From assembly GCA_047150005.1 (NCBI GenBank), contig AP038806.1, positions 2,976,001 to 3,040,000 of the forward strand: 64,000 nucleotides of DNA, in the 5' to 3' direction. Position 1 is the first letter of the stretch; every line of letters starts with the position of its first letter. A model generated the notes under the pieces. It was not told the DNA's origin. It was given only the letters and a program-made list of their open reading frames with translations, and did no database searches. Made by a program: the position numbers and the translations under genes. Origin of the DNA: Nitrospira sp. (lineage in GTDB: Bacteria; Nitrospirota; Nitrospiria; Nitrospirales; Nitrospiraceae). This document shows, in pieces, positions 31,538-41,656 of this stretch.

Positions 31538-32455
31538 ATGCTCTTCACACGGTTGTCGTTCGCAGTGCGGTCGCTCTTGGAATCAGAGCCCAGGTTGGCA
31601 GTGCCGGCACCGGTTTCTTGTCGGCGGACGGGACGCAGGCTTGCGCGAATTCGAGACGCGGGTTCGACGACGCTGGTCGCGCTGTCTCTGCTGCTTCCTC
31701 TGTTCTTGGTGGGGCTGCCGTTCCAGGCTGAGGGTGCGGATCGTTCCGAGCCTAATTCGTCGAAACTCAGAAAGACGGTCGCGGCAGGGTTCGGGGTGCA
31801 AACGGCCGAATCGTCGATGATTACCGTCAAGACGTATGATGCGGAGTCCGGCGAAATCCTCTCCGATGAATCCTATGAGCTCGACATCAAGGAAGATCGA
31901 CCGACCACCTCTCCACAGTCGCAGGAACGCATCGTTGCCGGAGGGGTCGGGATCGGGGCCGATGGGCTTTCGGAATTCATGCTTCGTGTCTATGACGCCG
32001 CGGACGGGAAGTTTCTGTGGGAAGGCCGCCTGAATTTGAATGTGAGCGGAACGGCAGGAGAAGCTGTTCCGGTCGCGGTCGCGGTTCGACCCCATGCGAC
32101 GGTGACTCAGGTTGCTCAAAAGAGCGATCCCGCGGGTCAGCCGTTCTTCCTGCTCCGGGTGCTCGACCGGGACACCGGACAGCTGATGTGGTTCGATCAA
32201 TTCTCGACGGAGGGCGCGCGTGTCCGTGCAGAGCGTGTCAATCGGGCCGCCTCAAGCCTACGGCAGATCGATAGTCACGATGTCGATTTTCGTATCCGGA
32301 TGTTCGACGGAGCGGGGCGGCGATTGCTCTGGGAAGATCGGGTCGCCGAAGCGTCTGAAGGAAGCCCCTCGTCCGAACTGATGGAGGACGGCGCCGGAGT
32401 CATCCCCCAGTGGTTTGTCGGCCCGACGGATTCCGGGAGTCGAGAAGAGATGTGA
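31538..32455 (+). CDS. Hypothetical exported protein with internal repeats
   Basis: TM/signal segment; recurring unit (L/I)RVYD..G..LWE; AAGGAGG RBS. Confidence 0.65.
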   Translation: MLFTRLSFAVRSLLESEPRLAVPAPVSCRRTGRRLARIRDAGSTTLVALSLLLPLFLVGLPFQAEGADRSEPNSSKLRKTVAAGFGVQTAESSMITVKTYDAESGEILSDESYELDIKEDRPTTSPQSQERIVAGGVGIGADGLSEFMLRVYDAADGKFLWEGRLNLNVSGTAGEAVPVAVAVRPHATVTQVAQKSDPAGQPFFLLRVLDRDTGQLMWFDQFSTEGARVRAERVNRAASSLRQIDSHDVDFRIRMFDGAGRRLLWEDRVAEASEGSPSSELMEDGAGVIPQWFVGPTDSGSREEM

Positions 32456-32457
32456 TC

Positions 32458-33888
32458 CTACCCCTTGGCGAGTTCCCCTTTGAACTGGTCGGCCCAGCGG
32501 GATTGGAACTGTTCGTAGGACAGGGACAGTTGCGATTGCATGGCCGCGCTGAGTGTCTGTCTGGCCTTGAGATGGGCCAGCAGCTGATTGACTCCGTGCA
32601 GGCCGTAACGATCGATCATGTAGTGGACAGCGGAGTTCGCTTCCAGGTAAGCGACCGACGCCGTTTCGGTCGGCAGATTGCCCCAGCCTCCTTCCAGCGC
32701 GGTCAACGGAATAAGGGCGATCTCCTGGTGTTTCACCGGTTGAATCTCCGACCACTGCTCGCCGGCAAGCTGCATGGCGAGTCCTTCGTTCAGCCATGTG
32801 GGAATGGCGCTGCCGCTGCGCCCCTGCAAGTCGTGAAGGACCGCGTGGGCGAACTCATGCCGGAGAACCCTGGTGAGCCAGACCCGATCCGTTAGGGCTC
32901 CTTGAGAGGGGATTTGAATCCGGCCCAGGACCGGATCGAACAGTCCGTCCGCCCATACCGGACTGCCGGTCGCGCTTTGAAAGGCCGCCTCTGCCTGCAG
33001 CACGACGACGATCGGCTTCGACGGGAAATGTCCGAGCCGTTGACCGATCTCCCGGTAGGCCTCTTCGAGAATGTCCTGCACCGTTGTCCACGTGGTCTGA
33101 TCCGCCTGCCCGTCGAACTTGACGATGAAGTGCGTGCTCTCGCGGCTGGCCAATGGCTCCTCCGCGTGATCCGTCTTGCGCAGTTTGGCGGCCACGGTCC
33201 GCAGATAGGATTGTACAGCCGGATCTTTTGCGGCGCGTTCCGTCGCCTGGTCGAGGTGCCTGGCCGCTTCCTTCAGGCGGTCCCGTTCCTGGAGGAGTTC
33301 CGCCATGGCCAGGTGGGGAAAAGGTTCGTCCGGGGCCAGGGCGATCAGCTTGTCGAGAAACTCCATCGTCATGGCCGGGTCCCGCAGCTCCCAATAGGCG
33401 TGGGCCAGATTCAGTTGGATCACCGGATTTTTGGGATCGAGGGAAGCGGCCTTCTTGAACGTCTGAACGGACTCCTTGGTTCCACCGGTCTTTTCCTGTT
33501 CGATCCCGACGTTGTTCCAGAGGACGGCGACGTACGGTCGGACGCCGGGGTCATTGATGGTTGAGGAGGAAAGATTCTCCAGCTTCGACATGGCTGCGGG
33601 GAAATCTCCCTTCTCCAGGTCGTCGCGGATGGCGGCCAAGAGATCCTGGTGTTTCGTGCGCGGAACCACGCTGTGATCGATGAGCCGCGTCTGTTTGGGG
33701 GCCGGTTCGACCGCCTCGACGGGAGGCGCGGTCTTCGGCGAGGAATTCGCCTCCGCGTTTTGCATGTCCGGAGTTTGACCGGGCGGTCGCTGCAGGTAGG
33801 TGGGCTTGAACCATGCTCCGTAGAGGATGATCAAGACCACGACGAGCGCGACCTTGTAGAGAAGATGCGAGATGTTTCGGCGATACAT
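32458..33888 (-). CDS. TPR-containing zinc metallopeptidase (peptidase MA-like)
   Basis: N-terminal TM, TPRs, RHEFAH (HExxH) and PTWLNEGLA. Confidence 0.85.
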   Translation of the reverse strand: MYRRNISHLLYKVALVVVLIILYGAWFKPTYLQRPPGQTPDMQNAEANSSPKTAPPVEAVEPAPKQTRLIDHSVVPRTKHQDLLAAIRDDLEKGDFPAAMSKLENLSSSTINDPGVRPYVAVLWNNVGIEQEKTGGTKESVQTFKKAASLDPKNPVIQLNLAHAYWELRDPAMTMEFLDKLIALAPDEPFPHLAMAELLQERDRLKEAARHLDQATERAAKDPAVQSYLRTVAAKLRKTDHAEEPLASRESTHFIVKFDGQADQTTWTTVQDILEEAYREIGQRLGHFPSKPIVVVLQAEAAFQSATGSPVWADGLFDPVLGRIQIPSQGALTDRVWLTRVLRHEFAHAVLHDLQGRSGSAIPTWLNEGLAMQLAGEQWSEIQPVKHQEIALIPLTALEGGWGNLPTETASVAYLEANSAVHYMIDRYGLHGVNQLLAHLKARQTLSAAMQSQLSLSYEQFQSRWADQFKGELAKG

Positions 33889-34014
33889 GAGTTGACGGTG
33901 TTCTCGATGTGCCCTGAGTCTAACACCCAACAATCTTGCGGCAAAGAACTGTCGGCAAATCCTCAAGCCGCCGTCGTTGAGCCCACCCTGGGCCTGTGAT
34001 ACGATCCCGCCGAC

Positions 34015-36567
34015 ATGTGGCGCTCTGCCGAGGCCGAACCTTCCGAGTCCTTCCAGCGATGGCTGGACCGTCTGGCGCGACCGATTGAGTTCGCCACCCG
34101 CGATGCCGACGCCCGTCTCCCCATAATCAAGAATCTCGACAGCTTCGTGACCGACCAGGTCTCGCGGACCTTGTCCCGGCAGTCGTATCCGCGAGCGGTC
34201 GAAGCCTCTCTTCTGAAGTTGCGGGCGCTGTTCGGCACGGAACGTGGGAAGCTTTCGCCCGCCGACCAGCAACGACGGCTGTGTGAGGCCGCCTCAATCG
34301 TGCAGACCTTGCGCGCGATGCATCACCGGCCTCCCGCCGCGGAGGCGCCTGTTACGCCGACGGCCCCTTCCAGTGGTGGAGGCGGACTACGCGGTGCCCT
34401 GTGGTCTGTCCCCATCCGGTTCGTGAAGGGGGTCGGTCCCAAACGCACCGCGTTGCTCCAGCGGTTTGGAATCGAAACGGTCGAGCAGGCTCTGTGGACC
34501 ATCCCTTGGCGGTACGAGGATCGATCCGTCATCACGCCGATCGGGCAACTCGCGCCCGGGATGGACGCGTCGATTTGCGGCATTATCGTGCGCAGCGAGG
34601 CCAGACGCGCCCGGCATCGCCGGCTCAGTATTTTGGACATTTTCGTGGAAGACCGGACCGGTCGCATGCAGGCGGTGTTCTTTAACCAGCCCTTCCTGGA
34701 GCCGATTCTTGTCGTGGGCGTCACGGTGCTGCTGACAGGTCGCGTCGTTGCCGGGGCGCGGGGTTGGGTGGACACCAGAATGGACGTGTCCCAATACGAA
34801 GTCGTCGGGTCCGACGCGGAAGCGCCGGTGCATGTCGGGCGGATTGTGCCGATCTACCATGAAACGAAGGGCTGGACGTCGAGGCAAATGCGGCTGCTGA
34901 CGAAAGGATTGCTCGACGCCTATGCGGCCGGGATGCAGGAAATTCTTCCGACCGCGATGCGAGCCCGCTATCGATTGCCGCCGATCGACCAGGCGATCGA
35001 AGAGGTTCACTTCCCGCGGCCGGGTACGCCGATGCCCGCGCTCGAGCGCGGGCGGACGCCCGCGCATCGCCGTCTCGCGTTCGAGGAACTGCTCCTTCTG
35101 CAGTTGGCGCTTGCGGCGCGACAGGGTGCTCTCAAGGAAGAGCGCAAGCCCATGCGTTGTGATCCCAAGACGGCGCTCCTCGGCAAGTTGTCGCGACGCA
35201 TTCCCTTCAAGCTGACGGCGGCGCAACAGCGGGTCATCGGCGACATTGTGGCGGATATGACATCGCCGAAGCCGATGAACCGATTGGTCCAGGGAGATGT
35301 GGGATGCGGGAAGACGATGGTGGCGCTTCACGCAATGGTCCTTGCCTGCGGGTCCGGATATCAGGCCGCGCTGATGGCCCCCACGGAAATACTGGCGGAG
35401 CAACACTATCGGGCGCTGAAGGACCTGCTGGAATCGGTCGGGTTGTCGGTGGTGCTGATCAGCGGAGGCGGGCGAGTGAGCGAACGAAAGGCTGCGCGTG
35501 AACGAGTCGCGTCGGGTTCGGTGCAGGTGGCGATCGGAACGCACGCATTGATTCAGCAAGGTGTCACGTTCGCCAAGCTGGCGTTGGTGGTGATTGATGA
35601 ACAGCACCGATTCGGTGTGCTGCAGCGGAAGACCCTGGCCGAGAAGGGATATGCCTCGGATGTGCTGGTCCTGACGGCCACTCCCATCCCGAGAACGTTG
35701 GCCATGACCGTCTATGGAGATCTCGACGTCTCGGTCATCGATCAATTGCCCCCGGGCCGAAGGCCGGTCCGCACATTCCTCTATCAGGAGTCGCAACGAA
35801 GGCGCGCCTATCAGATCCTGAAAGACGAAGTGCGTTCGGGCCGCCAGGCCTATGTGGTCTACCCGCTGGTCGAGGAATCGGAGAAGGTCGACCTGCAGGC
35901 GGCCATCCAAGGCGCCGATCGGCTTCGCACGGAGGAGTTGTCCGAATTCCATGTGGAGGTCCTCCATGGGCGGATGAAATCGGCGGACAAGGACCGGACG
36001 ATGGAGGACTTCAAGAAGGGCAAAATTCAGGTCCTGGTCTCGACCACCGTCGTCGAAGTCGGGGTCGACGTCCCCAATGCCACGGTCATGCTGATCGAGC
36101 ATGCCGAGCGTTTCGGGCTGGCGCAGCTTCATCAGTTACGGGGACGGGTGGGGCGCGGTGAACACCAGTCCTATTGCTTGTTGATGACATCAGGGCAGGA
36201 GAGGGGTAAAGGGGTAGTGGGCCAAGGGAGTACTGATACCGCTCTACCCCGATATCCCCCTACACAGCTAACGGTGGCCCGTGAGCGGTTGGAAGCATTG
36301 GTCCGGTCGACCGACGGGTTCGTCATTGCCGAAGAAGACCTGCGGATTCGCGGACCCGGAGAATTCTTCGGTTATCGTCAGTGGGGACTGCCGGAATTTC
36401 GCGTGGCTGATTTGATCCGTGATGCCGACCTGCTCCAGCAAGCTCGGCAGGAGGCATTCGCCCTGTTGAAGAACGATGGAACATTGGCCGCTCCTGCCCA
36501 TCGCGCATTACGCGACGCGATGATGCGGAGGTGGGAAAAAAAGTTGGACTTGGGATCAGTCAGTTGA
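34015..36567 (+). CDS. recG: ATP-dependent DNA helicase RecG
   Basis: QGDVGCGKT, DEQHRFG, TATPIPRT, QLHQLRGRVGRG, DLRIRGPGE. Confidence 0.98.
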   Translation: MWRSAEAEPSESFQRWLDRLARPIEFATRDADARLPIIKNLDSFVTDQVSRTLSRQSYPRAVEASLLKLRALFGTERGKLSPADQQRRLCEAASIVQTLRAMHHRPPAAEAPVTPTAPSSGGGGLRGALWSVPIRFVKGVGPKRTALLQRFGIETVEQALWTIPWRYEDRSVITPIGQLAPGMDASICGIIVRSEARRARHRRLSILDIFVEDRTGRMQAVFFNQPFLEPILVVGVTVLLTGRVVAGARGWVDTRMDVSQYEVVGSDAEAPVHVGRIVPIYHETKGWTSRQMRLLTKGLLDAYAAGMQEILPTAMRARYRLPPIDQAIEEVHFPRPGTPMPALERGRTPAHRRLAFEELLLLQLALAARQGALKEERKPMRCDPKTALLGKLSRRIPFKLTAAQQRVIGDIVADMTSPKPMNRLVQGDVGCGKTMVALHAMVLACGSGYQAALMAPTEILAEQHYRALKDLLESVGLSVVLISGGGRVSERKAARERVASGSVQVAIGTHALIQQGVTFAKLALVVIDEQHRFGVLQRKTLAEKGYASDVLVLTATPIPRTLAMTVYGDLDVSVIDQLPPGRRPVRTFLYQESQRRRAYQILKDEVRSGRQAYVVYPLVEESEKVDLQAAIQGADRLRTEELSEFHVEVLHGRMKSADKDRTMEDFKKGKIQVLVSTTVVEVGVDVPNATVMLIEHAERFGLAQLHQLRGRVGRGEHQSYCLLMTSGQERGKGVVGQGSTDTALPRYPPTQLTVARERLEALVRSTDGFVIAEEDLRIRGPGEFFGYRQWGLPEFRVADLIRDADLLQQARQEAFALLKNDGTLAAPAHRALRDAMMRRWEKKLDLGSVS

Positions 36568-36572
36568 AAGAT

Positions 36573-36676
36573 GCGGATCCTGACCTCGACCAGATGCCTA
36601 GTTATCCTCGCTCCACCCATTCCCCAGTGGGTCCCTTACGCTGCGGGCTAATAGGTATCCGGTCGAGGTCACCCGC
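36573..36676. repeat. Structured intergenic repeat, copy 3 (after recG)
   Basis: gcggatcctg...cacccgc ends; tgacctcgacc/ggtcgaggtca stem; core ccccagtgggtcccttacgctgcgggc. Confidence 0.75.
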
Positions 36677-36724
36677 TTGAGCGGAAGATTGATCCCAAAG
36701 AGAGAAGTAGACAGAGGAAAAAGA

Positions 36725-37048
36725 ATGGGGTTATTGCAACGGTTGAAGCATGATCTGAAGGCCGGTCTCGCGACCATCCGTCTTGGAACGGCCCAGGCCG
36801 CCAATCGCGCGCTGGAGGAAACCGAACTTCTGCGGCTGCGTCTAGAAGCGCGCAAAATCGATCAACGTCTCATCGAGTTCTATCGCGACCTGGGCGAGCG
36901 GGCGGTGGATCTCCGTGAAGCGGGCGAGCCGGCTGAGCGCGTGCTGTACGATGCGGAGGTCGGCAGGCTCGTGGCCGAGATCCATCAACTCAAGCATGCC
37001 GTTCGGAAGATCGAAGCCGAAATGCATGAAATCAGAAATCCCGAATGA
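36725..37048 (+). CDS. Hypothetical coiled-coil protein
   Basis: Helical heptad-like sequence; ATGA overlap with ppx. Confidence 0.7.
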   Translation: MGLLQRLKHDLKAGLATIRLGTAQAANRALEETELLRLRLEARKIDQRLIEFYRDLGERAVDLREAGEPAERVLYDAEVGRLVAEIHQLKHAVRKIEAEMHEIRNPE

Positions 37049-37980
37049 GCCCGGTGCGTCTTGCCGGAATCGATATCGGTACGTTGACCTGCCGATTGCT
37101 GATCGCCGATCTCCTCCCCGACGGCCGTCTCAGGGAAGTCCATGCCGAGCGCCGGATCCTCAGGCTGGGCGAAGGGGTCGATCGATCGAAACGATTGAGT
37201 GCGGCCGCGATGGAGCGCGTCGTTCACTGTCTCAAGGAATGGCATGGGGCCGTCGGCGAGCATCGGGTCGACGGCTGCGCCGTGGTGGCGACGAGCGCCG
37301 TGCGCGACGCAGCGAATCGGAGCGAGTTTCTCGCGCTCGTCACGCGTGAGACCGGGTTCACCGTCGAAGTCATTTCCGGTGACGAAGAAGCCCGCCGTAC
37401 GATGCGCGGCATTCGTTCCGGCCTGCACGCCGGCGTGAACGGGGTTCTGGCGCTCGACATCGGCGGGGGGAGCACGGAATTCATTCTTGATCTTCCGGGT
37501 CAACAGCCGGTTGTGAAATCGATCGACGTCGGCGTCGTCAGGCTCAGCGAGCGAATCCTGCACCACGATCCGCCGACGACAGCGGAAATTCAGCGGGCTT
37601 GCGAATGGGTCGGGCAAGAAACAGAACGGGCCGTCGCCAGCATGCCGCCGCGATGCGACCTCACGTTCGTCGGCACGGCCGGCACGATCACGTCCCTGGC
37701 CGCCATGGCGCAGAAACTCCCTGCCTACGAACCGGCCCGCATCCATAACTACAGGCTGACACTCGAAATCATTCGTGATCTTGAGCGGCAATTGCTCAGT
37801 CGGACGAAAGCGGAGCGGATCGGCATGCCCGGTCTCGAAAAGAACCGCGAAGACGTCATCGCCGCCGGCGCGATCATTATTCGCACCATCATGGAAACGC
37901 TCGGAGAGAATGAATGTCTCGTGAGTGATTTGGGCTTGCGAGAAGGGGTGCTGATTGAACTGGCGATGCGGACACGATAA
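37045..37980 (+). CDS. ppx: Ppx/GppA phosphatase
   Basis: IDIGT, ATSAVRDAAN, ISGDEEAR, DIGGGSTE, GLREG. Confidence 0.92.
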   Translation: MSPVRLAGIDIGTLTCRLLIADLLPDGRLREVHAERRILRLGEGVDRSKRLSAAAMERVVHCLKEWHGAVGEHRVDGCAVVATSAVRDAANRSEFLALVTRETGFTVEVISGDEEARRTMRGIRSGLHAGVNGVLALDIGGGSTEFILDLPGQQPVVKSIDVGVVRLSERILHHDPPTTAEIQRACEWVGQETERAVASMPPRCDLTFVGTAGTITSLAAMAQKLPAYEPARIHNYRLTLEIIRDLERQLLSRTKAERIGMPGLEKNREDVIAAGAIIIRTIMETLGENECLVSDLGLREGVLIELAMRTR

Positions 37981-38003
37981 ATGCGAAGATCCAATACTCT
38001 GCC

Positions 38004-38388
38004 ATGAAGGAGCTTGATCCAAATAACATATGGTCTGGTTTTACATTCTTTATACGATTGTGCCAGGTGATGATAATTTTGTGCGCTGGAGCCTGGCTAG
38101 GTGCTTTTGGGACCAGACGAAATTGCTCCAACCTTGAAGAACTACTACCTTCTCAAGGCCAAAGAGTACTACTCGTCCAGCGAATGGCCTAGAGATTGTG
38201 AAAAGTATAAGTATTGGGAAGGCCTGCCACGCTGGCGCTATAGCTGGTGCTCTCATAATGAGGGCTCGCCACGAGGAACTTGGTGTGGACTGGGATTATG
38301 TCGAGAAATGGAAGGGCAAATTGGGTCTTGCCTGATCGTCGCGAGTATTATCTCTGTGAGTACCACCGAAACCCTTTGTTCTCCGTGA
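38004..38388 (+). pseudogene. Possibly frameshifted AT-richer membrane-protein gene (ORFs 38004-38192 and 38101-38388)
   Basis: Two overlapping frames that would join near gcttttggg (~38103-38111) into a TM plus Cys-rich domain. Confidence 0.3.
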
Positions 38389-39838
38389 ACGTCGTTTTCG
38401 GCGTCCCGCCGGGTTTTTCGAGCAGCAACACCTTAAAATCGATGAGGCCGAACCAGGCCGGGTCCGCCACGTCGTGGTAATGGGTGCCCTGCAGCTTTGG
38501 GAGCATGTCGCCCAGGGTCTGCTTGAGCTCCTTCTCCGTATAGGCTCGCACCACAAATGGTTTATGTATTGCCTGGCAAAAGCGTTGAATCGTATAGGCA
38601 GCGCCGGTACAGAGGACTTTGGTATCAGGCTTGATTGCCAGGAAATGAGGAAGTGGAAGGTACTGTTCCTGGAAGCCGAGCCAGCGCACGGCCTGTCGCA
38701 GGTGACTGTACTGCACTTCGTATTCTGTATGTCCCGGGAGCTTCACCGGTGCGGGCCAGCCGTCCTCGATTCCGAACTCCGTCAGGAACGCCTTTCCTCC
38801 CGGCTTGAGCACGCGCCATAACTCTGCCACGAAACGAAACGGACCGAGGTTGAAGATCGCGTCATCCGGAACCTCATCTCCGATCGGGAGGCGCACCCGT
38901 CTGATCCAATCTAGCGCTTCCTGATGCTGCGGCGTGTCGCCGCTGCCGGAGGTCAGTTCCCGTCTAGACAGCTTCACCGGCGTCATGTCGGCCATGTTTT
39001 CGTTGTCGATGACAAGGTCGACGGAATTATCCTTGAAAGGAAGGAATTCTCCGTTCGCCCGGGCGCCGGTGCAGGACCAGCCTCCTTCCGATGCACGGAC
39101 CAACTGTCGTTTCAGAAAGGGCCTGGTGATGTCGACGGACAGATATGTCACGCCCTGCTTCTCAAAGGGCAGGAGCTCTTTACCCAGCTCTCGCGCCACA
39201 TAGCCCAGTCCGCCGCCGATCTCCACCAGCACCTTGGGTTTGGGACTGAACCAGCCGAGCCGGCGCAGCTTCTGCATAAGCAGCCGCCCATATGAAAGGC
39301 CGTTGAGCGTCTCGTTCGGCTCCCGGAAGAGGTGGGAGACAGTCGTTTCGATCACATCGAAGTGCCCGTCGTCCTCTCGGTCGTCGTTGAGCCCATGCAC
39401 GTGAAAGTCCTCGAGATGCTCCTCGCCTTCAAACCCGTCCTGACCGGACCACCCCTCTCGGATTTGCTGGAGCAGCACATCCCACTTGGCTTTGTGCCGA
39501 TGTCCGCCCGGAGGTTCGGCCCCGTAGAAGCATAGAGAATAGGTGGGCAGAGACCAGCGTTCCAGGTGCCACCGGCCCGGCTCCCCATCGGGGCCGCAGA
39601 CTTTCTCGCCGTACTTCTCCAGCAGCGCGCCCACAGTGGTATGCCCGTTCATCGCCTTGAGCATTTCAAGGCCGGTCCGATTGAGCCGGACAATCGGCAG
39701 ATTGTCGTCGAGCGGGGCGAACCACCATTCGTCTTCGCCGTGCTGATAGGCGACCAGATCGGGAACGTGCCAGGACAAGAGTGCGAGGGTCTCTCCCTCA
39801 AGGGAGCGTGGATCGTGAAGGGCGATCGCGGGTTTCAT
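38348..39838 (-). CDS. SAM-dependent methyltransferase with PqqD/RRE-like N-terminus
   Basis: VEIGGGLG, LPFKDNSVDLV, LWRVLKPGG; N-terminal VRLNRTGLEMLKAMNGHTTVGALLEKY. Confidence 0.75.
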   Translation of the reverse strand: MKPAIALHDPRSLEGETLALLSWHVPDLVAYQHGEDEWWFAPLDDNLPIVRLNRTGLEMLKAMNGHTTVGALLEKYGEKVCGPDGEPGRWHLERWSLPTYSLCFYGAEPPGGHRHKAKWDVLLQQIREGWSGQDGFEGEEHLEDFHVHGLNDDREDDGHFDVIETTVSHLFREPNETLNGLSYGRLLMQKLRRLGWFSPKPKVLVEIGGGLGYVARELGKELLPFEKQGVTYLSVDITRPFLKRQLVRASEGGWSCTGARANGEFLPFKDNSVDLVIDNENMADMTPVKLSRRELTSGSGDTPQHQEALDWIRRVRLPIGDEVPDDAIFNLGPFRFVAELWRVLKPGGKAFLTEFGIEDGWPAPVKLPGHTEYEVQYSHLRQAVRWLGFQEQYLPLPHFLAIKPDTKVLCTGAAYTIQRFCQAIHKPFVVRAYTEKELKQTLGDMLPKLQGTHYHDVADPAWFGLIDFKVLLLEKPGGTPKTTFTENKGFRWYSQR

Positions 39839-39978
39839 GGATGAGGATTCCAGTTCGAGCGTCGCAGCCTACATGAGGATGCGCGCATCCCGCAAGATGC
39901 GAAACGACGCGGTTCTCCTGCCGATGGCGAGCGCGGAGGATGTGAGTGTCGGCTGGAGGACCGAAATCGGTCAGTCGT

Positions 39979-40350
39979 TCACAGTTGGGAGGGCTGTTGT
40001 GAGTCGGTGACGGTCAGGATCCCGTACATAATCGGGTGCACGCGGCAGATGTAGGGATATTTTCCCGGGGCAAGGCCTGAGATCGTGAAGCTGTCGTTGG
40101 GGAGTACCAGACCGGAGTCGAAGGCACAGGACGCACCGTCCTCCATGCATCCGATATGGGTGATCGTATGTTCCGTGGGGGTCGGATTGTCCCATCTGAT
40201 GGAGGCCCCGCTGGAGACGGTGGCGGATTTCGGTACAAAATATGGCGAACCGCTGTCGATGATGATGGACGTGTAAGGGGCGGTGGCCGTTGTCGGACCG
40301 GCTCCCACGAGGGCACACACAACCAAACTGGTAAAGATGCGCAGTCTCAT
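39979..40350 (-). CDS. Exported cupredoxin (plastocyanin-like)
   Basis: Signal peptide; type-1 Cu ligands in EHT and CRVHPIM. Confidence 0.85.
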   Translation of the reverse strand: MRLRIFTSLVVCALVGAGPTTATAPYTSIIIDSGSPYFVPKSATVSSGASIRWDNPTPTEHTITHIGCMEDGASCAFDSGLVLPNDSFTISGLAPGKYPYICRVHPIMYGILTVTDSQQPSQL

Positions 40351-40480
40351 ACGGTAGCCTCGACCTCTCCTAAAGCTTAACCATTGTACCATGCCGATCA
40401 AGGGGGGCCTATCCTGCCCGAACCCCTTGTCTTGACCCGTACGGGCAATTATACGATTCTCCTGAGGGCTACACACAAGT

Positions 40481-41500
40481 ATGAGAACCAATATGACTCA
40501 GCCGGTGGTACCGCGTGCAGGGAGAATGAGGTTGTTCGCGGGCGTGTTGATCTTCGGCGCCGCCTCCGGAATTGCCGATGCGTTTACCCTTACCGAGCCG
40601 GCGGAAGATACGGTGCTTCGTTCCGGCGGCAGCGTGGCGGTGACCGTACGAGGCGGCAATAATAATGACGTCAATATCCGGGCCATCCGCTATTACTGGT
40701 ATCGGTTCGACGAGGAGCCCGTGGCTTCTCACCAGGCGTCTCCGGCCCGGTTCACGGCTACGGACGGCGGTGCGCCGTTTTCCGGCCGGGTTGAAATCCC
40801 GAGCGAAGCAATCGGGGCCATGCGCCTGCTGGCCATCGGCGAAGTGACCAGAGGGCGGTTGGGGACGACTGAGGACTTCGACGAGGTGATCGTGCAGGTC
40901 AAGCCCGACGTTCCGTTGACGTCGATCGAGTTTTCCGTCCAGCGGCCGTGGCGACTCGACACGATCGGGAAGCGGATTCCCGTGCCGGCCGTCGGCCAAT
41001 TCGACGACGGGATCGCGCGCCCGCTCACAGGCCCGTCGTCCGAGAGTCGATTCCAGTCATCGAACGAAGAAGTGGTCTCCGTGGACGAGGCGGGGATTCT
41101 GCGGGTGACGGGCAATGGCCGCGCCCAGGTCACGGTCGAGAATCAAGGGACAGTAGGGACGATCCAGGTCGTGGTGGCCGCAGATCCCAGTCCGAATCGT
41201 CCGCCGGTCGCGGCGCTTGAGCGGGAATTGCAGGTCCGGTCCGGTCAACTGGTGGTCTTGGACGGCCTACGGAGTCGTGACCCCGATGGAGATCCATTGC
41301 GATATGAATGGCGGCAGCTCAGGGGGCCGCGCGTGGCCTTGTCGAGCGTGGACGAGGTCAAGGCGACCTTTGTGGCGCCGAAGGTTTCCGAGCGCAAGCT
41401 GTTTCAATTTTCATTGACCGTGATCGACATGGCCGGGCCCGACCGCGTCAAGGGCGCCGAAAGCGCACCAGCCGTTATTTCCGTCTGGGTCGGTCCGTGA
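40481..41500 (+). CDS. Exported Ig-like/PKD-domain protein
   Basis: Signal peptide; SSNEEVVSVD (Big_2-like); NRPPVA...LDG..SRDPDGDPLRYEWRQ (PKD/REJ-like). Confidence 0.75.
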   Translation: MRTNMTQPVVPRAGRMRLFAGVLIFGAASGIADAFTLTEPAEDTVLRSGGSVAVTVRGGNNNDVNIRAIRYYWYRFDEEPVASHQASPARFTATDGGAPFSGRVEIPSEAIGAMRLLAIGEVTRGRLGTTEDFDEVIVQVKPDVPLTSIEFSVQRPWRLDTIGKRIPVPAVGQFDDGIARPLTGPSSESRFQSSNEEVVSVDEAGILRVTGNGRAQVTVENQGTVGTIQVVVAADPSPNRPPVAALERELQVRSGQLVVLDGLRSRDPDGDPLRYEWRQLRGPRVALSSVDEVKATFVAPKVSERKLFQFSLTVIDMAGPDRVKGAESAPAVISVWVGP

Positions 41501-41656
41501 GCGGCTCAGAAGGGTGAATCTCCCATGGCTCCGGCGGTACCTGAGGGGTGATATTTCATCCCGGCTCGACGACTGCAGCAGGCCGTTGCAAGACGCAGAG
41601 CGTTCATGCTAGATGGAACCCAGGTCAGCATTCGCGGTGGCTGGAGGAGTCATTCA

